DNA of 32,000 nt from Dickeya dadantii NCPPB 898 (GCF_000406145.1 NZ_CM001976.1:414830-446829); one strand, 5' to 3'. Positions 11,655 through 19,685 are shown, counted from the first letter of the stretch. Program-made: numbers and translations. The notes: generated by a model from the sequence alone, not told the origin.

Positions 11655-12923
11655 ATGGCCCTGACTGACGTTGTTGCTCGTACCGCTAAGCCCCGCGAGA
11701 AAGCCTACAAGCTTGCGGATGCACATGGCCTGTACCTTCTGGTGAGTCCTAACGGTTCTAAGCGCTGGTATCTCAAGTACCGTTTCGACGGTAAGGAAAG
11801 CCGGATTGCTTTCGGTGCCTACCCGCTGATCTCGCTGGCGAAGGCCAGGGAGAAACGCAACGAGGTGCGATTACTGCTGTCAGAAGGCATCCACCCAACG
11901 GAAAAGCGGGAAGAAGAGAAAGAACAGGCACAGGATGCACTGAACACCTTTGAAAAGGTGGCAAGAGACTGGCACCGAAACATCAGCCAAAACCGATGGT
12001 CACAAACACACGCCGGACGGGTATGGCGTGACATGGAGCGCAATATTCTGCCTGCCATCGGCCAGCGCCACATCGCTGACCTGAAAACCAAAGACCTGCT
12101 TGAACCGCTTAAAGCCGTGGAGCAAAACGGCCATCTTGATTTGGCGTCGCGGCTACGCCAGCGCGTTACCGATATCATGCGTTACGCGGTACAAAATGAC
12201 CTGATAGAGCGCAACCCGGCGCAGGATCTCACCGGGGCGATAGCTGCGCCAAAGGCAACGCATCGGCCAGCCTTGAAGCTCGATAAACTGCCTGGCTTTC
12301 TGGCACGGATTGAACGCTACAAAGGGCGAGCGTTAACCCGATTGGCTTTAAAACTCACCCTGTGCGTTTTTATCCGTTCCAGTGAGCTACGCTTTGCCCG
12401 TTGGCCGGAAATCGACTTTAAACGTGCGATGTGGACGATACCGCCCGAACGTGAAGCCATCCCCGGAGTGAAACACTCACAGCGTGGTGCAAAGATGCGC
12501 TCTGAACATTTGGTGCCGTTATCCCGACAGGCTTTAGCACTGTTGGAAGAGATTAAGGCTATCAGCGGCGCTCACGAACTGATCTTCCCCGGCGACCACC
12601 GACCAACCAAACCGATGAGTGAAAACACCATCAACAGTGCATTGCGAACAATGGGCTATGACACTACCACCGAAGTATGCGGACACGGCTTCCGCACGAT
12701 GGCCTGTAGCGCGTTGGTTGAGTCCGGTCAGTGGTCGCGGGATGCGGTAGAGCGGCAAATGAGCCATCAGGAACGCAATGGCGTCCGTGCTGCTTATATC
12801 TATAAAGCGGAACATCTTGAGGAACGCAAGCTGATGCTGCAATGGTGGGCAGATTATCTGGATGCCAACCGGGAAGAGCATGTCGTGCCGTATGAGTTTA
12901 TAAATCGTGGTGTAAAAGCATAA
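11655..12923 (+). CDS. P4-type tyrosine integrase (DUF4102 N-terminal domain plus phage integrase catalytic domain)
   Basis: MALTDVVARTAKPREKAYKLADAHGLYLLVSPNGSKRWYLKYRF is a typical P4/CP4 integrase N-terminus. The C-terminal catalytic signature is HGFRTMACSALVESG...RQMSH...VRAAYIYKAEHLEERKLMLQWWADYLD. The gene lies next to the tRNA. Confidence 0.93.
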   Translation: MALTDVVARTAKPREKAYKLADAHGLYLLVSPNGSKRWYLKYRFDGKESRIAFGAYPLISLAKAREKRNEVRLLLSEGIHPTEKREEEKEQAQDALNTFEKVARDWHRNISQNRWSQTHAGRVWRDMERNILPAIGQRHIADLKTKDLLEPLKAVEQNGHLDLASRLRQRVTDIMRYAVQNDLIERNPAQDLTGAIAAPKATHRPALKLDKLPGFLARIERYKGRALTRLALKLTLCVFIRSSELRFARWPEIDFKRAMWTIPPEREAIPGVKHSQRGAKMRSEHLVPLSRQALALLEEIKAISGAHELIFPGDHRPTKPMSENTINSALRTMGYDTTTEVCGHGFRTMACSALVESGQWSRDAVERQMSHQERNGVRAAYIYKAEHLEERKLMLQWWADYLDANREEHVVPYEFINRGVKA

Positions 12924-13021
12924 AAGACAATTATTTATAACAATAAATCATAACTAATTAACGTTTATCTTTTCCCGATATTCTACTATTAGATAATAGT
13001 AATCATGGAAAGGTAAATGCT

Positions 13022-14239
13022 ATGTATAATGAAGACGTTAAGGAATTTGCGAAAGAAGAAGAGAAAAAACTATTAAGCTTGGACTGTCGCTACTTTACCG
13101 AAGATAGTCGGCGTTCAGTTGATAGAGATCCATTTATGCGTGATTACGCACGGATTCTTTATTCGTCATCTTTTCGGCGCTTACAGGGAAAGATGCAACT
13201 TTTAGATATAGATCCAAGCAAATTTACAAGAAATAGATTAACGCATAGCTTAGAGGTTGCGCAAATTGCACGCTCAATAGCTACAGATTTAGGCTTAGAA
13301 AACCCCGTGGTTGCTGAATCAGCATCTTTAGCTCATGATCTTGGTAATCCACCATTCGGCCATAATGGTGAAAAAATTTTAAATGAACTTATAAAAGATC
13401 AAGGCGGATTTGAGGGTAATGCACAGACGTTTAGGATATTAAGAATACTAGAAAAAAAACATCATTCTTTTTCCGGATTAAATCTTACTCTTCGAACAAT
13501 GCTGTCAGTAACTAAATATTTTAATAGGAAGGGATTAAGTAATAAAAAATTTATTTATGATGATGATTTTCAGTTCTTAAGTGATGAATTAAATAAAAGG
13601 AACATAGGTATTATTAAAAGTATTGATGCTCAGATTATGGATATTGCCGATGAAATTGCTTATGCTGCGCATGATTTAGAGGATGCTTTAAGCATGAATT
13701 ATATAACTATGGGCGAGCTTTTGCATGAGTTTAAGATAAGTGTTGAATTTAAGGATGCGTTTGATGATATAAGTGAGATATATGAAATGGTTCATAAGGA
13801 TGCGTTATTATCTCATAGGCTTTGTACTTCTGAAGAATTTGCGTTGATTGAAAGAAAAGAATTGACTTCAAATATAGTTAATGTTCTCTGTAATGATATA
13901 GATATAGTCAAAGATGATAATAGTATATCCTTGTTAGGATATAGAACGAAAAGTAAGTTAGCTGTAGGCTTGAAGAAGCTTTTGTTTAAAGCTGTTTTGA
14001 GAAAAAGAAATATACAATTTTATGAGTTAAAGGGTGAGAATATAATTAAAGGTCTTTTTGAAGTTTATACTAGTGCATTAAATAGGAATAATCTATTATT
14101 TCCCCCTGAGATAAGAAATTTACCTGATTCTAAGGAAAAGTTAGCTATAGATCATATCGCAGGTATGATGGATTCGTTTGCTATTCAGGAGTATGAACGA
14201 TTCTTTGGCATTGGTAGCGCTAATATAATAATGAAATAA
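13022..14239 (+). CDS. Dgt-like HD-domain dNTP triphosphohydrolase (dGTPase family)
   Basis: 405-aa ORF with an RBS GGAAAGG upstream. Motifs are DPFMRDYARILYSSSFRRLQGKMQL, RNRLTHSLEVAQIARSIA (His of HD) and ASLAHDLGNPPFGHNGE (HD plus GHxGE), characteristic of the dGTPase/SAMHD1-like family. Later IMDIADEIAYAAHDLEDAL is also present. Confidence 0.85.
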   Translation: MYNEDVKEFAKEEEKKLLSLDCRYFTEDSRRSVDRDPFMRDYARILYSSSFRRLQGKMQLLDIDPSKFTRNRLTHSLEVAQIARSIATDLGLENPVVAESASLAHDLGNPPFGHNGEKILNELIKDQGGFEGNAQTFRILRILEKKHHSFSGLNLTLRTMLSVTKYFNRKGLSNKKFIYDDDFQFLSDELNKRNIGIIKSIDAQIMDIADEIAYAAHDLEDALSMNYITMGELLHEFKISVEFKDAFDDISEIYEMVHKDALLSHRLCTSEEFALIERKELTSNIVNVLCNDIDIVKDDNSISLLGYRTKSKLAVGLKKLLFKAVLRKRNIQFYELKGENIIKGLFEVYTSALNRNNLLFPPEIRNLPDSKEKLAIDHIAGMMDSFAIQEYERFFGIGSANIIMK

Positions 14240-14282
14240 TTGCCATTTGGTTTTTATAAAAACAAATAAAATGAGATATTAT

Positions 14283-15911
14283 ATGAAAAAACCTCAACCT
14301 AGAAAGGAAAAGCTTTCTATATATCTCGTAAGAAATGCCAATAAAAAAGATGATGAATTCATAAAAATAGATAAGGCTAAAAATGGAATTGAGATAAAAT
14401 TAGATGGAGTTGATTATGCATTTCTATATGCAAAAAATAGTTTTAAAAATACTCCATCTTGGACAAAATTGTTTACTCATTATGAGCATATAAATGCAGA
14501 TTATTTTGGTATGTCTAGCAACGTTGGTGCTGTTTTTGTTGTTAGAGCTTTTGGGTATGCTTTTATTTTATCATTTGGTTCCGGTTTTCACTTAATAAAA
14601 GATGAAGAAATAGAAAGGGACTTCGGTTTAAGAGTAACATTAAATTCAGTTGATCCAGACAAACTGAGAAGCTTAGATAAAGCTAGTTATGATCATAATC
14701 CTTTAAATTCCCGAACGCAAAGTACAAAAGATGTAGATATTTTTAATCTTCATTTAGATTCAGAGTCAGAGTTGCTTTACGCAGTAACTGGGACTTCTTT
14801 GGTTAAAGAATTTGGTAGTCAAGTTACTGGGAGAGATGCTCTCACACTTGCAGTTGATATTACTTTGGAACAAATATCAGGAATTCTTCATGAAGCAATT
14901 TCGAGATATAAGAAAAAACTACCTGATAAGTTTTCTTGGGTTGAGAATATCAACAGGGTTCGTGATCAAGATGAAATTGATATTCTTGATTTGGAGTTGG
15001 ATGACTATTTTTCATCTGGGTGTTATACCAATTTTTGGTTAGGAGAACCTGAGATAGTTGATTGGGAGGGGCAAGTTGGATATTCGTTTGATATGTATCC
15101 CAGAACACCTAGGTATATTATTTTGACATTAGATGATTATATAGAATATCTTAATGGTGAGCCCATTTCTGTATTCAGGCTTAAGGGTGACGTTATTCAT
15201 ATAAATAATAGTGATTTTATATCAACCAAATCTTGGTCTGTATATAGATGTTTGTATGCTGAAATAATTTTTGGTGATGCGTATTATATATTAAGAAATG
15301 GAGTGTGGTATAAAATAAATCAAGATTTTGTTAACTCTGTTGATGAATATCTCGTTGATTTAAGTGATTATGATTTTGATTTTCCTATCTATGATCATGA
15401 AAGAGAAGATATTTATAACGATTACCTTTGTAAAAATTATTCTAACTTTTCTTTAATGGATAAAAAGAATATAGCAATAGGTGGAGTATACGATAAATTG
15501 GAACATTGTGATCTTATTCGAAATGGATGTGATTTTATTCATGTTAAATATTACAGAAGCTCTGGTACATTAAGTCATTTATTCTTTCAAGGTATGGTTG
15601 CCGCAGAAGCATTCATTAAGGACAAAGATTATAGAAAAAAGTTAAACCCTAAATTGCCTGAATCCATAAGATTAGATGATGTAAACTCAAGGCCAAATCC
15701 CAATAAATATAAAGTTGTTTATGCTATAGCGACAGTTAAGAACCTGCCACAGGAATTACCTTTCTTTTCTAAAGTAACATTAAAAAACACTCTAAAGACA
15801 TTAAAGGCCTTGGGTTATATTGTATCAATAGCAAGAATTGATATATCTCCTATAATTCTTAAGATTAAGAAATGCAAGCCTAAAAAATATCATCTTAATA
15901 ATTTTAATTAA
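14283..15911 (+). CDS. Uncharacterised large protein, possibly the TIGR04141/DUF6119 'sporadically distributed' family (unverified)
   Basis: The ORF is open from 14247 (TTG). ATG 14283 (MKKPQPRKEKLSIYLV) or ATG 14271 is a more plausible start. It begins less than 50 nt after the dNTPase stop, on the same strand, with the same extreme AT-richness. Conserved-looking blocks are FGSGFHLIKDEEIERDFGLRVTLNSVDPDKLRSLDK and, in the C-terminal half, LEHCDLIRNGCDFIHVKYY...FFQG. The family name comes from memory only. Confidence 0.7.
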   Translation: MKKPQPRKEKLSIYLVRNANKKDDEFIKIDKAKNGIEIKLDGVDYAFLYAKNSFKNTPSWTKLFTHYEHINADYFGMSSNVGAVFVVRAFGYAFILSFGSGFHLIKDEEIERDFGLRVTLNSVDPDKLRSLDKASYDHNPLNSRTQSTKDVDIFNLHLDSESELLYAVTGTSLVKEFGSQVTGRDALTLAVDITLEQISGILHEAISRYKKKLPDKFSWVENINRVRDQDEIDILDLELDDYFSSGCYTNFWLGEPEIVDWEGQVGYSFDMYPRTPRYIILTLDDYIEYLNGEPISVFRLKGDVIHINNSDFISTKSWSVYRCLYAEIIFGDAYYILRNGVWYKINQDFVNSVDEYLVDLSDYDFDFPIYDHEREDIYNDYLCKNYSNFSLMDKKNIAIGGVYDKLEHCDLIRNGCDFIHVKYYRSSGTLSHLFFQGMVAAEAFIKDKDYRKKLNPKLPESIRLDDVNSRPNPNKYKVVYAIATVKNLPQELPFFSKVTLKNTLKTLKALGYIVSIARIDISPIILKIKKCKPKKYHLNNFN

Positions 15912-15995
15912 TATAAATTTAATGAGGATATTCGGAATGACTTTAAATTTTTAAAAATCATTGCGTTGATTTTTTAATCAATTTGTTCTTGTTTC

Positions 15996-16037
15996 CACCG
16001 CGCCCGCCCCCTCCCCAAAAAGGGGGCGGGCGCGGTG
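15996..16037. terminator. Perfect GC-rich hairpin between convergent genes (bidirectional terminator or module junction)
   Basis: CACCGCGCCCGCCCCC (15996-16011) is the exact reverse complement of GGGGGCGGGCGCGGTG (16022-16037), with loop TCCCCAAAAA. It is embedded in AT-rich DNA. Confidence 0.6.
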
Positions 16038-16134
16038 CCAGACGCTATCATGATTGGCAAACCATAAGGTCTGGTTGCTACTAATAACGTTAATTGGTTG
16101 GCTTTCGACTAATACTGATGGGAAATGACGCCAT

Positions 16135-16536
16135 TTATTTTAAATCAGCATGCTTAAATGTTTGTTCGCCAGCCTGGCTATTTGTCATTTTTAGCATGCT
16201 ATTCTCTTCTGTATAAGTGATTAAGGCGTCATTCGGGTTATCTCGCCAACGGCCTATGTAGTTAGGTTCCGAATCACTTCCAGCGGTTCGCCATAGCACT
16301 CGTGACCCTTCTATCATCTTGCACTGATATTTCCACAGGCTATTATCACTTGGCCTGTGATATTGCAAATTAACGAGATCCCCATTCACTTTTGTTTTCA
16401 TTATTTTGGGTTCTTTTGCGAACTCCATTGACATGGCTGCTTTACAGATTTCAGCATTCGAGAAGGGAGCTGAAAAAGCGGGAATAGCCATTAATGAGGT
16501 ACTTAAAATCAGAGAGAACTTAATTAAATGCTTCAT
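16135..16536 (-). CDS. Small secreted/periplasmic protein of unknown function
   Basis: 133-aa ORF with a Sec signal peptide MKHLIKFSLILSTSLMAIPAFS/AP and two Cys residues in the mature part. I recognise no family. Confidence 0.65.
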   Translation of the reverse strand: MKHLIKFSLILSTSLMAIPAFSAPFSNAEICKAAMSMEFAKEPKIMKTKVNGDLVNLQYHRPSDNSLWKYQCKMIEGSRVLWRTAGSDSEPNYIGRWRDNPNDALITYTEENSMLKMTNSQAGEQTFKHADLK

Positions 16537-16564
16537 AAACCCTCTTTATTTTGATAAAAATTTA

Positions 16565-17044
16565 TTACCATAACGATAATAATAAGGTGTGTTCCTGTAT
16601 TTCTGACGGGACAAAACCCCAGTATTGGTAGAACGCTTTTGCCTCATCAGATAACGCATGTACCAATAACGCTTTGTTGCCTACCTGCTGCGCTACATTG
16701 CGGGAGCGGAGTACCGCATCTTTCAGAAGCCCGGCACCGATCCCCATACGTTGATAACGTTCATCAACGGCTAATCGGCCAAGTACCAGAACAGGAATGG
16801 GGTCAGGCATATTGCGCCGGAATGCGCCCGGTGCAACCTGACGCTGGATGCTACCCGACGCGAGGGCATAGAACCCCACCACACGCTGTGTACCGGCTTC
16901 ACACACCACGAAGGTGCGTGAAGCGCCCAGCGTCTGATTTTTTAACGCCTTGCGTTTCAGCCATTCATTCAATGACGGCTCGGAACAATGAAAATCCACA
17001 ACTGCATGTTGAGGCAGCAATAATTCAGGTGCCGTTATTCCCAC
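16565..17044 (-). CDS. GNAT-family acetyltransferase toxin (TacT/KacT-like type II toxin)
   Basis: 159-aa ORF with a GNAT core (RLAVDERYQRMGIGAGLLKDAV...AFYQYWGF). It overlaps the upstream DUF1778-type antitoxin gene by 10 nt, the canonical TacAT arrangement. Confidence 0.85.
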   Translation of the reverse strand: MGITAPELLLPQHAVVDFHCSEPSLNEWLKRKALKNQTLGASRTFVVCEAGTQRVVGFYALASGSIQRQVAPGAFRRNMPDPIPVLVLGRLAVDERYQRMGIGAGLLKDAVLRSRNVAQQVGNKALLVHALSDEAKAFYQYWGFVPSEIQEHTLLLSLW

Positions 17045-17307
17045 GGAGATTTCCTGTTCAGTAATGCATTCACACGCGGATTATCTGTGACTGGTGATTC
17101 CAACACCTGAATGAAAGCATCATATTGTTCATCATTGACCAGAAACAGCCTTTGATCCAACAACACATCCTCAGCCTCACGGCAGGCAGCATCAAGGATA
17201 AACTCTGTTCTTGATTTCGACAGCAATTTAGCGGCGACATCAATCAGCTCCCGCTGTGATGCTTTAGCACGAATATTAATCGGCATTTCTTTTGGCTCTG
17301 TTCGCAT
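17035..17307 (-). CDS. DUF1778-family (TacA/KacA-like) antitoxin
   Basis: The start is trimmed to the ATG at 17307 (RBS AGAGAGG). MRTEPKEMPINIRAKASQRELIDVAAKLLSKSRTEFILDAACREAEDVLLDQRLFLVNDEQYDAFIQVLESP is a ribbon-helix-helix type and matches the DUF1778 pattern (I.lR......li..AA...g.s.teFil..a...A..vl.d). Confidence 0.85.
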   Translation of the reverse strand: MRTEPKEMPINIRAKASQRELIDVAAKLLSKSRTEFILDAACREAEDVLLDQRLFLVNDEQYDAFIQVLESPVTDNPRVNALLNRKSPWE

Positions 17308-17593
17308 CGTGACCTCTCTGTGTAGCGAATAGCTATACATCCAGTATAGTGAACGGTACAGCAAATAGCCACACGCCATTCATGAACAACATTTTCGTCA
17401 TAGCGGGGTTGGGTTAGGATCTGTTACACGGAATCGAACCGGAACGGATAAGAATTAATCTTATTGATAAAATGACGTGATATAGCTCATTGAAAACATG
17501 GGCTAAAAATGAAGTGGGGGCATAAAAGGGGGCACCTAAATTAGGTTGGTGAGTATTAAATTTTATTATTCAATCAATTACATCATTTTGCGT

Positions 17594-17611
17594 GTCCGGC
17601 CTTCGCACCAA
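17594..17611 (+). repeat. Direct repeat DR2: 18-nt remnant of the tRNA-Leu 3' end (junction of segments A and B)
   Basis: GTCCGGCCTTCGCACCAA equals tRNA positions 11418-11436 minus one G. It carries the same 1-nt deletion as DR3. Confidence 0.75.
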
Positions 17612-17623
17612 CAGTATATAAAT

Positions 17624-17647
17624 AGACGTCAACCGACGTCTTTTTTT
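17624..17647 (+). terminator. Hairpin plus T-run following DR2
   Basis: AGACGTC-AACC-GACGTCT followed by T7 (17641-17647). It occupies the position a tRNA terminator would. Confidence 0.5.
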
Positions 17648-17796
17648 ATGCCTGAAATCCAGTATTTACCCGCCTTTCCCGCTATATTCATTCTCTCAGG
17701 GTCAACCGACATCTATGTACATCTACCAACAGTTGTTGGTACAGCTGATGGTATTTTCGGTTCGATAATGCTTGTACCAACGGGGAGGAAATAAGT

Positions 17797-18255
17797 ATGG
17801 CGCTCACTGATATCAAAGTCAGAACAGCCAAGCCTTCGGATAAGCAATACAAGCTGACCGACGGCAATGGTATGCATCTGCTGGTTCATCCCAATGGCTC
17901 AAAGTATTGGCGCTTTCGTTTCGGTGGTAAACAGCACCTGATAGCGTTTGGCGTCTATCCCGAAGTTTCACTGGCTGATGCCAGACATAAAAGAGAAGCT
18001 GCCAGTGGACTGACCCCGCCACGGCTTTCGCACCATGGCCTGTAGCTTACTGATTGAATCAGGATTATGGTCGAGGGATGCGATGGAACGGCAGATGAGC
18101 CACATGGAGCGCAACTCGGTACGAGCGGCGTATATCCTAAAGCTGAGTATCTGGATGAGCGTAAGCTTATGCTGCAATGGTGGGCAGATTTTCTGGATGC
18201 TAATAGGGAAAAGGCGGTGAGTGCGTTTGATTTTGGTAAGATAAAAAGTCGTTAG
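17797..18255 (+). pseudogene. P4-type integrase pseudogene (large internal deletion plus frameshift)
   Basis: The N-terminal roughly 65 aa (MALTDIKVRTAKPSDKQYKLTDGNGMHLLVHPNGSKYW...SLADARHKREAA) align with the intact integrase at 11655. At about 18000-18030 the sequence jumps to the C-terminal HGFRTMACSLLIESGLWSRDAMERQMSHMERNSVRAAYI, which is in another frame. A further frameshift near 18135 precedes AEYLDERKLMLQWWADFLDANRE. Confidence 0.85.
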
Positions 18256-18281
18256 ACACGTATTCTGAATCAGGGGATATT

Positions 18282-19139
18282 ATGTATACGGATGAGTTAT
18301 TGGCTATTCAATCTGATTGGTCAAAAAAATCATTGTTATTAATGAGAAAACTTCTAACATTAATGACTCCGGTTGCTTTATTTGACCAATGGACTAAAGA
18401 AGAGCAAAGTACGATTGGTTTTTTGCTTGCTGCATCAGCAAGGTCAACAGAAAGTCTATTTTTATTGACCTCATATGGGCAGCTTTGGGACGCAGAAATG
18501 ATGCAAAGGGCTATCATTGAAGCATCGTTAAAATTTGTATTTCTTCTTGAATCTAGAGAAACATTTAAAGATAGGTTTAATGAATACTCAACAGCGCAAT
18601 ACGAGATATCCCTACTCAAGGATGATAATAAGGTTTTAGAGCTATTAAGCATCCTGCCTAACTCTGATGATGAAAAATGGCTCCCTTTGCGGGAACGTTT
18701 GCTTGCTGATGAGGAAAGAAAAATGATTAATGAAACGTACGATAAAAGTTATCGCAGATCTCTTGAAACGCGATGGGGGTTTACTAGTATTATAGGAAGT
18801 TTGACCCGTAGCGGAAAACTATTTCATGGGTTAAGTGAATTATCATATGGGTACTCTGTATCAAGCCATGTTCTACATGCCGATTATTTAGGGGTAGTAC
18901 TACCGATTGAAAGAGATAGTAGAGAGCATGAGAATCGATCTGCTTTACATTTGGCTCATTTGAGTAGACATATCTCTGATGCTTTCACATGCCTGATCAT
19001 GCGACTATATGCTGGATATCGATTTGTCGGGATAGATACGGCGGCCATAAATGAAGCTATTAAGAAAATAGATGATCTACAGGTACCATTTCGTGAAGAA
19101 TATAATAAATGGATAGATATAGAATACGGAGGTAAATAG
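18282..19139 (+). CDS. Hypothetical protein (AT-rich orphan)
   Basis: 285-aa ORF with an RBS AGGGGA upstream. It looks helical by eye and has no signal peptide. I cannot assign a family with confidence. Confidence 0.65.
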   Translation: MYTDELLAIQSDWSKKSLLLMRKLLTLMTPVALFDQWTKEEQSTIGFLLAASARSTESLFLLTSYGQLWDAEMMQRAIIEASLKFVFLLESRETFKDRFNEYSTAQYEISLLKDDNKVLELLSILPNSDDEKWLPLRERLLADEERKMINETYDKSYRRSLETRWGFTSIIGSLTRSGKLFHGLSELSYGYSVSSHVLHADYLGVVLPIERDSREHENRSALHLAHLSRHISDAFTCLIMRLYAGYRFVGIDTAAINEAIKKIDDLQVPFREEYNKWIDIEYGGK

Positions 19140-19685
19140 AATTAAGAACGAGCCTGTCCACTAATGCTGGGTAATATCATGAATGCAGTCCATTTTCAGA
19201 TAGTGAAAAAAATTCCACGCAAGCATTATCATAACAACAACCCTTGACACTCATACCGCCTCGAAAATTATGTTGTATCAACCAACTAATAAGGTAAAAG
19301 ATAACTATGCACAATAATATCGCAAGAACCTTTGAAAATGGTTCGTCGAGTCCATAGTAATTTTTTGTTATTAAATCAATTAATTATTAAAACTATGAGT
19401 TACATCAATATATTAGACTCTAAATTGTTCAAACTTGGTTTTTTGTGGATTTGATGGGTTAGTATACTTCAATTACACAATTGGCATGGCACTGAAGTAA
19501 GCACCGTTAGCCTTAGTAAGCTCCTTGGGACATTAGCAAGAGCTTCGCCATTCTCGGTAAAGGCAATATCGGTTAGTCCTTGGGGCACTTATACCGAGTT
19601 GAAGGGTTATCTTTGCATCGTTTACGAGGCAAAGAATATGATGTCATTCCTTTTCCTGTGAGGATGACGTTGTGTACTGATTTAT

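Larger units (their letters stand above)
11436..17611. mobile_element. Island segment A (integrase, dNTPase module, secreted protein, TA pair) at the tRNA-Leu 3' end
   Basis: Bounded by DR1 and DR2. An integrase gene lies immediately downstream of the tRNA. Composition changes sharply: single 60-nt lines I counted gave about 22-33% GC at 13.5-14.6 kb, against about 60% in valS. Confidence 0.75.

Noticed and set aside
17546-17794. 82-aa ORF spanning DR2 and the region upstream of the integrase remnant
   Set aside because: It starts with a non-ATG codon, crosses the att remnant and a terminator hairpin, and has no RBS. It is most likely non-coding.
19244-19276. Consensus TTGACA as a promoter for the sigma-led operon
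   Set aside because: The best -10 candidate (TATGTT) is at 19-nt spacing and about 410 nt from the ATG. That is too weak to annotate as a feature, so I mention it only in the leader-region finding.
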